Shown here: one piece after another, positions 1-9,581 of the stretch
Position numbering within the stretch: the stretch's first letter is position 1
Layout of the letters: every line of letters starts with the position of its first letter
From: an uncultured Planctomycetaceae bacterium
Lineage (GTDB): Bacteria > Planctomycetota > Planctomycetia > Planctomycetales > Planctomycetaceae
Reading direction: 5' to 3'
NCBI GenBank assembly: GCA_963976765.1
Contig: CAXBME010000011.1
Coordinates: 124,001-188,000, forward strand
DNA: 64,000 bases
Translations under genes and position numbers: made by a program
The notes under the pieces: generated by a model
The model's input: the letters and a program-made list of their open reading frames with translations, nothing else
The model's database searches: none
Told to the model about the DNA's origin: nothing

Positions 1-11
1 AAGGAACAACT

Positions 12-1379
12 TTGAAGACTTTCGCGGAACTTGACTTGATCGCGCCACTGCACCGTGCACTGGCTGACGAGCAATACCAGATACCAACGCCGATTCAGGC
101 GCAAACAATCCCTGCCGCCCTTTCCGGGCGCGATGTGCTGGGATGTGCTCAAACCGGAACCGGCAAGACAGCCGCTTTTGCGCTGCCCATCCTCAACCGG
201 CTCGGTGAAAAGCAGCCGCCGAGCAAGCCAAACTGCCCACTGGTGCTGGTTCTGGCACCGACTCGCGAGCTGGCCATTCAGATCGGAGACAGCTTCGCGA
301 CATACGGTAAAAACCTGTCGCTGAAACATGTCCTTGTTTATGGCGGCGTCAGCCAGAACAGCCAGGTTCGAGCGTTAAACAAAGGAGCGCACATCCTCGT
401 CGCGACTCCGGGGCGACTGCTCGACCTGATCAATCAGGGTTACATCCACCTGAATCATCTACAGGTTTTTGTTCTGGACGAAGCCGACAGGATGCTAGAT
501 ATGGGCTTTCTGCCGGATCTCAAGAAGATCATCAGGCAGCTCCCGGAAAAGCGTCAGTCGCTGTTCTTTTCCGCGACCATGCCGCCAAACATCATTGATC
601 TGTCGAAGCAGCTTCTGAAGAATCCTGCCAGCGTCAATGTGACCCCTGAGAAAACGAGCGTTGAACGGATTGAGCAGCAGGTTTTCTTTGTCGAACGAAA
701 CGGCAAGCGTGATCTGCTCAAGAAGGTTCTGACAAAGCCAGACGTTGACCGCGCGATCGTTTTCTCGCGAACCAAACGCGGTGCGAACATGCTCGCCCAG
801 AAGCTTCTGCTGAGCGGGATCAAAGCCGCCGCGATCCACGGCAACAAATCGCAGGGCGCCCGTCAGCGAGCCCTTGAAGCGTTCCGTACCAAACAAATTG
901 ACGTTCTGGTTGCGACAGACGTCGCCGCTCGCGGAATCGATATCGATGGGGTGACTCACGTCGTCAACTACGATCTTCCGGCGGAACCCGAAAGTTACGT
1001 GCATCGCATTGGCCGAACAGGCCGAGCCGGAGCGAATGGCCTGGCGATCTCGTTCTGCAGCGCCGACGAACGGGGTGACCTGAGAGCGATTGAAAAGCTG
1101 ATTGGACAGAAGGTACCACTCGCTCCTGGACAACCAGCCCCGCCGCCCGTCGCTGAGGAAAGTCAACCCGCCGCCCCTCAACGAGGAGCACGGCGCAATT
1201 CCCGACCAGGCCGCTCCGGCCAGGGCCAGGCACGTACGCCCAACGCGGCGAAGAATTCAGGAACACAACGAAACGCAGGACGCGGCTCGTCAGAAGCGCT
1301 GGCGACTGACGGTAAACCAAAGCAACGACGACGCCGCAAGGGGACGCGACGGCAGAATACAGGCCAGGCCAGCAGTTGA
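12..1379 (+). CDS. rhlE: DEAD-box ATP-dependent RNA helicase (RhlE-like)
   Basis: Motifs: Q motif PTPIQ, AQTGTGKT, PTRELA, TPGRL, DEADRMLDMGF, SAT, ARGID and YVHRIGRTGRAG. Basic disordered C-terminal tail. TTG start follows AAGGA. Confidence 0.93.
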   Translation: MKTFAELDLIAPLHRALADEQYQIPTPIQAQTIPAALSGRDVLGCAQTGTGKTAAFALPILNRLGEKQPPSKPNCPLVLVLAPTRELAIQIGDSFATYGKNLSLKHVLVYGGVSQNSQVRALNKGAHILVATPGRLLDLINQGYIHLNHLQVFVLDEADRMLDMGFLPDLKKIIRQLPEKRQSLFFSATMPPNIIDLSKQLLKNPASVNVTPEKTSVERIEQQVFFVERNGKRDLLKKVLTKPDVDRAIVFSRTKRGANMLAQKLLLSGIKAAAIHGNKSQGARQRALEAFRTKQIDVLVATDVAARGIDIDGVTHVVNYDLPAEPESYVHRIGRTGRAGANGLAISFCSADERGDLRAIEKLIGQKVPLAPGQPAPPPVAEESQPAAPQRGARRNSRPGRSGQGQARTPNAAKNSGTQRNAGRGSSEALATDGKPKQRRRRKGTRRQNTGQASS

Positions 1380-1445
1380 AACAGGACTGGCTTCGAACGT
1401 TCCCGCAAGACCACCGAGACCCGTCAAATTTGAAGGAGAATTACC

Positions 1446-1634
1446 ATCGCAAAGAATCAAAACACATTCGCTAAGCGTCAGCGCGAGATGGACAAAAAAG
1501 CAAAAGCTGAAATCAAGCGCACTCGCAAACAGCAACAGAAAGAGGATGCCGAAGCTGGAACCGCTTCTAACGACGGCAATTCCTCAGACGCAGTACCCGA
1601 GCCTACTCAGGAAGAACTCGACGGGCTCTTTTAA
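1446..1634 (+). CDS. Small Lys/Arg-rich protein (62 aa) with probable non-canonical ATC start; not in the ORF track
   Basis: AAGGAG (1433-1438) lies 7 nt before ATC 1446. The frame reads IAKNQNTFAKRQREMDKKAKAEIKRTRKQQQKEDAE...DGLF and ends at TAA 1632-1634. It sits between the helicase and csp. Confidence 0.7.
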   Translation: MAKNQNTFAKRQREMDKKAKAEIKRTRKQQQKEDAEAGTASNDGNSSDAVPEPTQEELDGLF

Positions 1635-1911
1635 CAGCCGTCGAATCACGTAGCAGACAGGCTCTGCCGTGCCATCCGCCTCACAGCATTCATGCTGTTT
1701 CCGGCAGCGGCACACAGGAGTGTACCTGCTGCTTTGAGTGCTCATCCAACTGCTGAGCGCTGACAGAAATCCATCCACTCGTGTCAGTTCGACCTCTGAT
1801 AAAGAGCCTCCGGCATTAGTGACCACTGAAAACCCCGTGTAGTCAACGTAGCGTGAGTGTTTCACGCATCACCGGCGGCACAAAAATCTTTGAGAGTACT
1901 GGAACACGAAA

Positions 1912-2109
1912 ATGGCTGAAGGAACTATTAAAAGAATCACTGACAAAGGATTTGGTTTCATCGAAGATGGCACCGGAACGGACATGTTTTTCCACAGCTC
2001 AGCTGTGGAAGGCATCGACTTCGAAGCTCTGCGGGAAGGTCAGCGAGTTTCTTTCGAAGCTGGCAACGGCCCCAAGGGACCTCGCGCTGAAAACGTTCGC
2101 GCAGTCTAG
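1912..2109 (+). CDS. Cold-shock domain protein (CspA family)
   Basis: RNP1 KGFGFI, RNP2-like MFFH and C-terminal GPKGPRAENV; 65 aa. Confidence 0.96.
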   Translation: MAEGTIKRITDKGFGFIEDGTGTDMFFHSSAVEGIDFEALREGQRVSFEAGNGPKGPRAENVRAV

Positions 2110-2226
2110 TCTGCGTTGATTGATCCTTCAGGAACGACAGGATTCGCAGCTCGCGATTTAACAGATCGGGCGTTGCCAGTTTTTCGATCCTGAACTCAAT
2201 CACCCAACGACTCGCGATCACGACTT

Positions 2227-2263
2227 GAAACACCGGGAGCCTTCTGGTTTCCGGTGTTTCTTT
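2227..2263 (+). terminator. Rho-independent terminator-like hairpin after csp
   Basis: GAAACACCGGGAGCC-TTCT-GGTTTCCGGTGTTTC forms a 15-bp stem with two G-U pairs and is followed by TTT. It lies between convergent genes. Confidence 0.7.
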
Positions 2264-2523
2264 GCGCTGAGACTTTCCGGGCATGCTTCTGGCGCATTGA
2301 GCCCTGGCGATCGTCACTGGCAATTCATGGCAACACGACAGGGCACATTGCCATTCTCGATCAAGGCAACGCCCCCAGGAAGATCGCTCAACAGAGAGGC
2401 TCAACAGTCCGAAAGTCCCGTTCCACAAAACTCGTTCGAGGATCCGGGATAGCGAAACCGCCCCGTTTTCAGGACGAGAAGCTTCGGAGCAACCCTCAGC
2501 CGTCACTCAATGGACTGACCGAA

Positions 2524-3930
2524 TCAGACCAGCAGTTCGTCGAGAATCTTCGTGTCGTAAACATCCGTGAGACGTTCGTCGCGCCCGTTGTGGTGCCAGG
2601 TCAAATTCTCGTGATTCAGACCGAGCAGTTTCAGGATTGTTGCGTGAACGTTGGCTGTCTGGCACCTCTTCTCAACAGCCCGATAGCCGAAGTCGTCGGT
2701 AGCTCCGTAGTGCTGTCCGCCTTTGATTCCGCCGCCGGACATCCAGATGCTGAACCCGTATGGGTGATGATCCCGACCGTAAGCGGTCTTTGTATTCCGC
2801 ATCTCCGCACCAGGCGTCCGACCGAATTCGCCGCCCCAGAGAATCAGTGTTGAATCCAGCAGACCTCGGCGTTTCAAGTCAGTCAGTAACGCCCCGATGG
2901 GCTTGTCAGTCCGCAGACAGCAGTTCGTCGTGCCGGCATTATTGTTGGAATGCGTGTCCCACGGCTGGCCAGACATGAACAGCGAAACGAAGCGAACTCC
3001 ACGTTCCACCAGGCGGCGAGCCATCAGACAGCGTGTCCCGTATGACTTGGTCGTGGCGTTGTCTAACCCGTAAAGCTTCTGCGTCTCTTCCGTCTCCTGC
3101 GACAGGTCGAGCGCGTCAGTCGCAGCCAGTTGCATCCGACCTGCCAGTTCGAACGTTTCGATGCGAGCTTCAAGTTCCAGTTCACCCGGTCGCTCGGCGA
3201 GGTGCTTTTCGTTGAGCTGCCGCAATAGATTGGCCCGAGCATTTTCGATCGCCGGCAGGCGAGGCTGCTTTGGCTGCAGATTCAGCACCGGACTGCCCTG
3301 CTCGCGAAATACGGTCCCCTGGTAGCGAGGTGGCAGCCAGCCACTCGTCCAGTTTCTCACACCGTTGACCGACGCCCCGCCAGGATCAGGCAACGCGACA
3401 AACGCCGGGAGATTCCGATTCTCAGTTCCCAGTCCGTAGGCGGCCCACGATCCCAGAGTTGGTCGACCGCTGGTTGTCATCCCGGTTTGCGCCATCCAGA
3501 TCGCCTGCTCGTGGTTTCGATGTTCCGTGAACATGGATCGAATGACCGCGATATCGTCGGCATGCTGAGAAACGAACGGCTGGATCTCGGAGAATTCCAG
3601 ACCGCTCTGTCCACACTTCTTAAACCTAAACGGCGACCCCATCAGATTCTTCGTTCGGTTTTCGTCATCAGCGACTTCGTCCGGCGGCGCGGTGTCGTCA
3701 AAGCGGTTAAGCATCGGCTTCGGATCCAGCAGGTCCATGTGGCTTGGGCCGCCGTGCATGTAAAGCTGAATTACCGCCTTCGCCCTTGGCTGAAAATCTG
3801 GCAAGAGGTTCGCACTCGCGGTTGCCGCGCTCAATGACTCGTTCAGCAGAGTCCCCAGCGCGAGACCGCCAAAACCGGAACCCAGCCGAGCAAGTACATC
3901 ACGTCTCGAAAGCGGTTCGAATTGATTCAT
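2524..3930 (-). CDS. DUF1501 domain protein (Tat-exported, planctomycete-expanded)
   Basis: Tat-like SRRDVL plus the family motifs MHGGPSHMDLLDPKP, WDTH, WGGEFGRTP and GRDHHP. Confidence 0.92.
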   Translation of the reverse strand: MNQFEPLSRRDVLARLGSGFGGLALGTLLNESLSAATASANLLPDFQPRAKAVIQLYMHGGPSHMDLLDPKPMLNRFDDTAPPDEVADDENRTKNLMGSPFRFKKCGQSGLEFSEIQPFVSQHADDIAVIRSMFTEHRNHEQAIWMAQTGMTTSGRPTLGSWAAYGLGTENRNLPAFVALPDPGGASVNGVRNWTSGWLPPRYQGTVFREQGSPVLNLQPKQPRLPAIENARANLLRQLNEKHLAERPGELELEARIETFELAGRMQLAATDALDLSQETEETQKLYGLDNATTKSYGTRCLMARRLVERGVRFVSLFMSGQPWDTHSNNNAGTTNCCLRTDKPIGALLTDLKRRGLLDSTLILWGGEFGRTPGAEMRNTKTAYGRDHHPYGFSIWMSGGGIKGGQHYGATDDFGYRAVEKRCQTANVHATILKLLGLNHENLTWHHNGRDERLTDVYDTKILDELLV

Positions 3931-3933
3931 TGT

Positions 3934-6579
3934 TCAGTCCAAGTAAACAAACTCGTTGGCACTCATCAGCATATGACACAGATCCGCCAATGCCTGGCGA
4001 CGGGCCTCGGCGATGACCTCCGTTTTCACTCTGTCATTTTCGGCATGCTGTTCCAGGTATCGTAATCTTTGTGCTTCGACGAATTCCGCCAACACTCTGG
4101 ATTCCGCGGGTTTCGAGTCTCGAGCAAACGCCGTCAGCACTGCTCGCCCGACGGGGTCGTTCGGTTGTTCTTCCAGAATTCGACTCGCAAATGAAGACGC
4201 CGCTCGGACCATCGCGTCACTGTTGAGCAATGTCAGCGCTTGTGTCGACACAGTCGACGTGCTGCGTTGCGTGCAGTTCACCGAAATCGTCGGCTGGTCG
4301 AAAACTTCCAGCATCGTTTCCGGATTGAGCCGCAGAATTTTCACATAGATCGACCGCCGATTCTGATCCTGTCCGGCAGGAACTATCACTTCGCCATCCT
4401 TCTGTCGTGCGACCGATTGTGCAACCCCGAACATCGGACTGCTCAAGGTTCCCGCAGCAGCCAGAATGGCATCCCGCAACGGTTCAGCCTCCAGCCGCCG
4501 CATCGCCTGCCGCCACAGAAGTCGGTTGTCCGGGTCAACTTTTTCGCAGACTGCGCGATGCTCTGCCCGAACCCGCGAACTTTGTCGCCACGTGCTCGAT
4601 TCCAGGATCAGGCGGTGCATGTGTTTGATGCTCCAGCCGCTACGGACGAATTCAGTCGCCATCCAGTCGAGCAGTTCGGGATGAGACGGCGCATCACCGG
4701 ATACACCGAAATCATCCGGCGTTGCTACGAGCCCCGTTCCGAAATGGTGCATCCAGATCCGGTTGACCATGACGCGGGCCGTCAGCGGATGATCCGGCTG
4801 CGTCAGCCATTTTGCGAAAGCGAGTCGACGACCGCTGGTCTTCGCATCAGCTTGCGGAGACGACCACTCAAACGGATCTGGAGCCGCGATTGTTGAAATG
4901 ACTCCAGGCTCAACAAACGGGCCCGGCGTGAGCGGGTCACCTCGCAGCAGCACGGGAGTACTGACCTCACCTGGCTGGTCGTACAAAGCGCGAACCTCGT
5001 CAAAGTGCCATCGCCGCCCCTCTTCCACTGCCACCTTCCCGTTCAGATCCTTCGCTCCCTGAGTGAACTCATCGTACGTCGCCAGTGCCGTGTCGAGTTC
5101 CTTCCCCTGCGGACGCAGCCTGTTCTCGAACTTTCCGGCGAGGTACTGCTGAACTTCGGTGCGAGACTCCTTTTTCGCGTTCAATGCGGCTTTCACGTCT
5201 TCGCGAAGCTCTTCCGACAGAATTGCCAGTTGATCATCGAAATATCGGCTGGTGAACGTCGACTTCAGCGTCGCCAGTTCAGCCTTCAACATCTTCACGG
5301 CGGCATCGATTTCCGCATTCTGTTTGGCAGCCGCCTCCGTCTCCCGTTTCGAGGCAATGGGCAGCCGGCGGTTCATCTGCGGAATCCATTTTTCCGTGCG
5401 ATAAGCCGTCGTGAACACGGCCTGCATGCGGTAATAGTCGACCTGTGGAATCGGGTCGAACTTGTGACTGTGGCAGCGAGCGCACTGTACGGTCAGCCCC
5501 ATCGTCGACGAGCAGACAATCTGTAGCGTGTCAAAAATCGTCGGGTAGAAATACTGCGAGGCTGCGTTCTTGATCCCGCTGAAGTCGGGCCGGCTCGGGT
5601 CGGCGGCGGTTCGCAGAAAGCCGGTCGCGATGATCCCCTCGACGACGTCGTCCGGCAGTCGCTCTTCGTTTTCGAAAGCCGCCCAGTAATCAGTCAACTC
5701 ATCGCCCGCAATCTGTTCCTGCAGAAACCGGTCGTACGGTTTGTCGCTGTTGAACGCGCGAATGACGTAATCACGATACCGCCATGCCAGTGGCAGAACC
5801 TTGTCTTCGTTGAGGATTCCTGCCGACTCAGTAAAGCCGGCAACGTCAAGCCAGTGTCGGCCCCACCGCTCGCCATACTGCGGGCTGGCAAGTAATCGAT
5901 CGATCATCCGCTCGTAAGCTCCCGGAGTTTCGTCGGCCAGAAACTGTTCGACTTGCTCGGGCGATGGCGGCAGACCGATCAGGTCAAACGAGGCTCGACG
6001 CAGCAACGTCCATCGATCAGCCTGCCCTGCGAGAGCCAGGTTGCTCTTCTCCAGCTGACGCAACACAAACGCGTCGACAGGATTCCGCACTCGGTCTCGC
6101 CGACCAACTTCAGGAACCACAGGTCGCACAGGCGGACGGAACGACCAGAGATCGGCGTCCGTGACATCGTCGGACCGGTCAATCGTCAGAGCATTACTTA
6201 CACCGACCGCCCCGTCGTTGATCCATTTTCGTATCACTCCCTTTTCGGCGGTCGTCAGCTTCTGACCAACCGGTGGCATCTTCCCGGAACTGACCATCTC
6301 ATACAGCAGACTGAACTCCGCCGACCGAATGCGCAGCGCTGGCCCGGATTTCCCGCCAGTCAGCAGCGATGCCGGACTCGTCAGATTCAGTCCGGCCTTT
6401 GGTTCGACGCCGGCGTGACAACGAATACACCGGACCTTGATGATCGGTAGAATGTCTTTCTCGTATGTCAGATCGGAATCTGGAGTTTCTGCCGCACGGA
6501 CCTCGGGCGAGATCGCGCCAGGCACCGTTAACGCGCACATTACCGCGACAAAACTAACTTTTCTGAAAGCAGACTTCAT
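3934..6579 (-). CDS. PSD1 / planctomycete cytochrome c domain protein (PSCyt1-DUF1549-DUF1553)
   Basis: CIRCH and CARCH heme motifs, [26 protein letters not shown] and HPELLDW. Start moved to ATG 6579, which has GGAG upstream and is followed by a signal peptide. Confidence 0.9.
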   Translation of the reverse strand: MKSAFRKVSFVAVMCALTVPGAISPEVRAAETPDSDLTYEKDILPIIKVRCIRCHAGVEPKAGLNLTSPASLLTGGKSGPALRIRSAEFSLLYEMVSSGKMPPVGQKLTTAEKGVIRKWINDGAVGVSNALTIDRSDDVTDADLWSFRPPVRPVVPEVGRRDRVRNPVDAFVLRQLEKSNLALAGQADRWTLLRRASFDLIGLPPSPEQVEQFLADETPGAYERMIDRLLASPQYGERWGRHWLDVAGFTESAGILNEDKVLPLAWRYRDYVIRAFNSDKPYDRFLQEQIAGDELTDYWAAFENEERLPDDVVEGIIATGFLRTAADPSRPDFSGIKNAASQYFYPTIFDTLQIVCSSTMGLTVQCARCHSHKFDPIPQVDYYRMQAVFTTAYRTEKWIPQMNRRLPIASKRETEAAAKQNAEIDAAVKMLKAELATLKSTFTSRYFDDQLAILSEELREDVKAALNAKKESRTEVQQYLAGKFENRLRPQGKELDTALATYDEFTQGAKDLNGKVAVEEGRRWHFDEVRALYDQPGEVSTPVLLRGDPLTPGPFVEPGVISTIAAPDPFEWSSPQADAKTSGRRLAFAKWLTQPDHPLTARVMVNRIWMHHFGTGLVATPDDFGVSGDAPSHPELLDWMATEFVRSGWSIKHMHRLILESSTWRQSSRVRAEHRAVCEKVDPDNRLLWRQAMRRLEAEPLRDAILAAAGTLSSPMFGVAQSVARQKDGEVIVPAGQDQNRRSIYVKILRLNPETMLEVFDQPTISVNCTQRSTSTVSTQALTLLNSDAMVRAASSFASRILEEQPNDPVGRAVLTAFARDSKPAESRVLAEFVEAQRLRYLEQHAENDRVKTEVIAEARRQALADLCHMLMSANEFVYLD

Positions 6580-6812
6580 GCAGCTACTCCGGTAACTGGT
6601 CGAGCGTAGTTCGTTGTTCGATCGGACCTCCTGCGTCGCAATCATGACGTGCAGCCACCGTGAATTGACAGCCAACAGCGCATTGAATCAAGGTTTCCGA
6701 AAGTCTGTCTACGGCAAGTCAGGCGGACGTCACCTGTTTGAAACGCCCCCGATCCGTACGAGCCTTCACCAAACCATATTTCAAACACGTTCAGCGGAAT
6801 CAACGAATCAGC

Positions 6813-8573
6813 ATGCTTCAGATTTCCTACACCAACTCGAATCAGCAAGAGCAATTGACTCACGACGAGACCGGTCCGGTCGAGTTCGGTCGCAGCCCGG
6901 CGATGACCGGCGCAAGACATCAGGTACTGGTCGATAATTTCGTTTCCCGCGATCAGCTTCTGATTGAGCAGTTCGATGAGGACACCGTCCGCGTTCAGAA
7001 TGTGAGCAGCAAGGTACCCGTGACCCTTGCCGATGGAACGGTCATCGGTCCCGGTGCTGAATTACTACTGAATGTCCCCGTGAGTCTGACGACGGGCCGA
7101 ACCCATATCGAGATACTATCCCCGTCCGCGACCGGCAGCCGTGGATCATCCATGCGAACCATCGCGGTCCCTGTTTCCCGTGCAACCTCTTCCGCCGCTT
7201 TTAAATTCGACGGCGTTCCCGACAGCACGACTCTGGTCGGCTGGTTCGAAACTCTAATCAACATCCAGAAGGCAACACCTGGCTCGGATGCTTTTTACGA
7301 ACAGACGGCTCACGCGATCGTTAACCTGATCGGTCTGGACTGCGGACTGGTTCTACTCCGCGAAGGAAACGGCTGGAAAATACTTTCCGGCCACGCCGCA
7401 ACGCCCGACGTTTCGCTGCACTTCAGCCGGACAATTCTGCAGAACGTTGTTGACGAAGCTCGGACGTTCGTGCTCGATGACGATCCTGCTGCCGCTGCCG
7501 AAAGTCTGACCAACGTCGAATCCGCCGTCGCCTCGCCGGTTTTCGACGCGACAGGCAAAGTGATCATCGGTGCGATCTACGGCTCGCGACAATCTTCCGT
7601 CATGACCGCTCAAACGGGGATTCGCGATCTGGAAGCTCAGCTTGTCCAGGTCATTGCGTCGGTTGTTGGAACGGGACTGGCGCGAGTGCAGAGTGAAGCC
7701 GAAGCCGCTCGACGCCGCGTTCAGTTCGAACAGTTCGTTTCGCCGGTCGTTGCCAGAGAGCTGGATCGCGACCCCGGACTTCTCGGCGGGCGAGACCGGG
7801 AAATCTCCGTCCTGTTTGCTGACATCCGAAATTTCTCTCGGCTTTCAGAACGGATCGGAGCCGAAAATGTCTGCCGCCTGGTTCAGTCAATCATGAACCG
7901 TCTGAACGCCTGCGTCCGAGAGTTTGATGGGACGACCGTCTGCTATCTCGGTGATGGCCTGATGGCCATGTGGAACGCCCCCGTCGACCAGGCCAACCAT
8001 CCCTGGCTTGCCTGCCAGGCCGCTCTGGCCATGCAGAAACAACTTCCCGATCTCAACAAAGAATGGGGAGAAAAGCTGGACACGGAACTCGGCATCGGAG
8101 TCGGCGTCAACACGGGCATCGCGATGGTTGGCAACACCGGCAGCGACGAAAAACCGCACTACGGACCGCTCGGCCATCACGTGAACCTGGCCAGTCGAGT
8201 CGAAGGCGCGACCAAACATCTGGGCGTCCCGGTTCTGGTCACCGGCGACGTAAAAGCGAAACTTGACTCGTCGATCGAAACTCGACGTATTTGCCAGGTG
8301 CGAGTTGTCGGGATGAACGCTCCAGTCTCGTTGTTTGAACTTCAGGGCAACGCTGACGACAACTGGCGGCAACGACGAGACATCTACGAAACCGCTCTCG
8401 CTCAATACGAAGCCGGCGAGTGGACTCAAGCCTGCCAGTCATTGAACCCGCTACTGACTACGACGAAAGCGACATTCGACCTTCCAAGCCTCGGCCTGAT
8501 GAGCCGCTCAATCGAGCACATCAAATCCCCCCCCGTCGAGTTCGACCCGGTCTGGAATCTGAGTTCCAAATAG
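6813..8573 (+). CDS. FHA-GAF-class III nucleotidyl (adenylate/guanylate) cyclase
   Basis: FHA-like FGR...VSR...NVSS; GAF segment SAVASPVFD..GAIYG; cyclase core LFADIRNFS, YLGDGLMA, GIGVGVNTG and VNLASRVE. Start set at ATG 6813. Confidence 0.9.
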   Translation: MLQISYTNSNQQEQLTHDETGPVEFGRSPAMTGARHQVLVDNFVSRDQLLIEQFDEDTVRVQNVSSKVPVTLADGTVIGPGAELLLNVPVSLTTGRTHIEILSPSATGSRGSSMRTIAVPVSRATSSAAFKFDGVPDSTTLVGWFETLINIQKATPGSDAFYEQTAHAIVNLIGLDCGLVLLREGNGWKILSGHAATPDVSLHFSRTILQNVVDEARTFVLDDDPAAAAESLTNVESAVASPVFDATGKVIIGAIYGSRQSSVMTAQTGIRDLEAQLVQVIASVVGTGLARVQSEAEAARRRVQFEQFVSPVVARELDRDPGLLGGRDREISVLFADIRNFSRLSERIGAENVCRLVQSIMNRLNACVREFDGTTVCYLGDGLMAMWNAPVDQANHPWLACQAALAMQKQLPDLNKEWGEKLDTELGIGVGVNTGIAMVGNTGSDEKPHYGPLGHHVNLASRVEGATKHLGVPVLVTGDVKAKLDSSIETRRICQVRVVGMNAPVSLFELQGNADDNWRQRRDIYETALAQYEAGEWTQACQSLNPLLTTTKATFDLPSLGLMSRSIEHIKSPPVEFDPVWNLSSK

Positions 8574-8703
8574 AGATGACGTGAGCGGCTGTACCAAAAC
8601 ATTGAATGGGCACTTGATTCCGCTAACAATCAGTGAGACATTGAAGAACCGAACCTACTGCAAATTTACACACGCTCGTTAACCATACTCGGACTCGCGC
8701 GAC

Positions 8704-9474
8704 ATGACTTCTCACGACGAACCACAAGCATCCAGTAAGGACCGTCGACAGATTGCAATCGCAGTCTTACTTTTTTCTGCCAGCCTACTAATTACTGTGA
8801 GCTTGGTATTTGTCTGGAGTGGCGGCAAAGATGAAAAATCTGGAGCTGCTGCTGAACACGCCTTCGCAGCGATTATCCCACTCGTGGGAACATGGATTGG
8901 TACAGTCCTGGCCTACTATTTTTCTGGCGAAAACTTTCAGCGCGCGACGGACTCTGTAAGCCGCCTGGCACGACAAGTTGGCGAAGAACGGCTCCGTACA
9001 ACCAAAGTCGTTGACGCAATGATCTCGATGGACGCTGCCGTTCTCATACGGCTCCCACAGAGCGATCCAGACGGCGCGAAAATCAATCTGAAGACACAGG
9101 TCCAAGCCCTGCTCAACGACCGCATTACTCGCATCCCAATCGTAGATCACACCGGACAGATAAAGTTCGTCCTCCACGAAAGTATTATATTTCGTTTTAT
9201 TAGTGAATACGCACTGACGGCAACCGAATCCGATAAACCAATCGACGTTACCACATTGACGCTTAAAGATTTACTCAGTCGTGACGACATAAGGAACTTC
9301 GCGATGCGAACTATTGCTTTCGTCGGAAAGGAAGCAACATTGGCAGAAGCCAAACAGCAGATGGAAGCGCTCAGTAAATCTCAAGATGTATTTGTTACGG
9401 ATGATGGTACATCAACCGGCTTAGCAATTGGCTGGGTTACGAACGTCATTATCTCTCGACATGCCCGTGCATAG
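8704..9474 (+). CDS. Membrane protein with 2 TM helices and a degenerate CBS-domain pair
   Basis: Hydrophobic segments IAIAVLLFSASLLITVSLVFVW and AFAAIIPLVGTWIGTVLAYYF. CBS-like motifs KVVDAM, TRIPIVD, ATLAEAKQQM and IGWVT. Confidence 0.7.
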   Translation: MTSHDEPQASSKDRRQIAIAVLLFSASLLITVSLVFVWSGGKDEKSGAAAEHAFAAIIPLVGTWIGTVLAYYFSGENFQRATDSVSRLARQVGEERLRTTKVVDAMISMDAAVLIRLPQSDPDGAKINLKTQVQALLNDRITRIPIVDHTGQIKFVLHESIIFRFISEYALTATESDKPIDVTTLTLKDLLSRDDIRNFAMRTIAFVGKEATLAEAKQQMEALSKSQDVFVTDDGTSTGLAIGWVTNVIISRHARA

Positions 9475-9581
9475 CTGGCCTTCTCCAGCATCGAATCTCC
9501 GAGTGAGAGAATCCATACCGTATCGATCACCGTTTTTTGTGAGTTCGCATTCGTGTTTTGCCGTCATTGACCAATTCACGC

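Noticed and set aside
1102..1653. 183-aa ORF overlapping the helicase end
   Set aside because: No motifs and no SD. A different frame (1446..1634) has a strong SD and protein-like composition.
6813..9474. Calling the cyclase locus a bona fide Pycsar or CBASS system
   Set aside because: The FHA-GAF-cyclase architecture is typical of housekeeping signalling, and the partner has no cNMP-binding, TIR or SAVED domain. It is kept only as a hypothesis.
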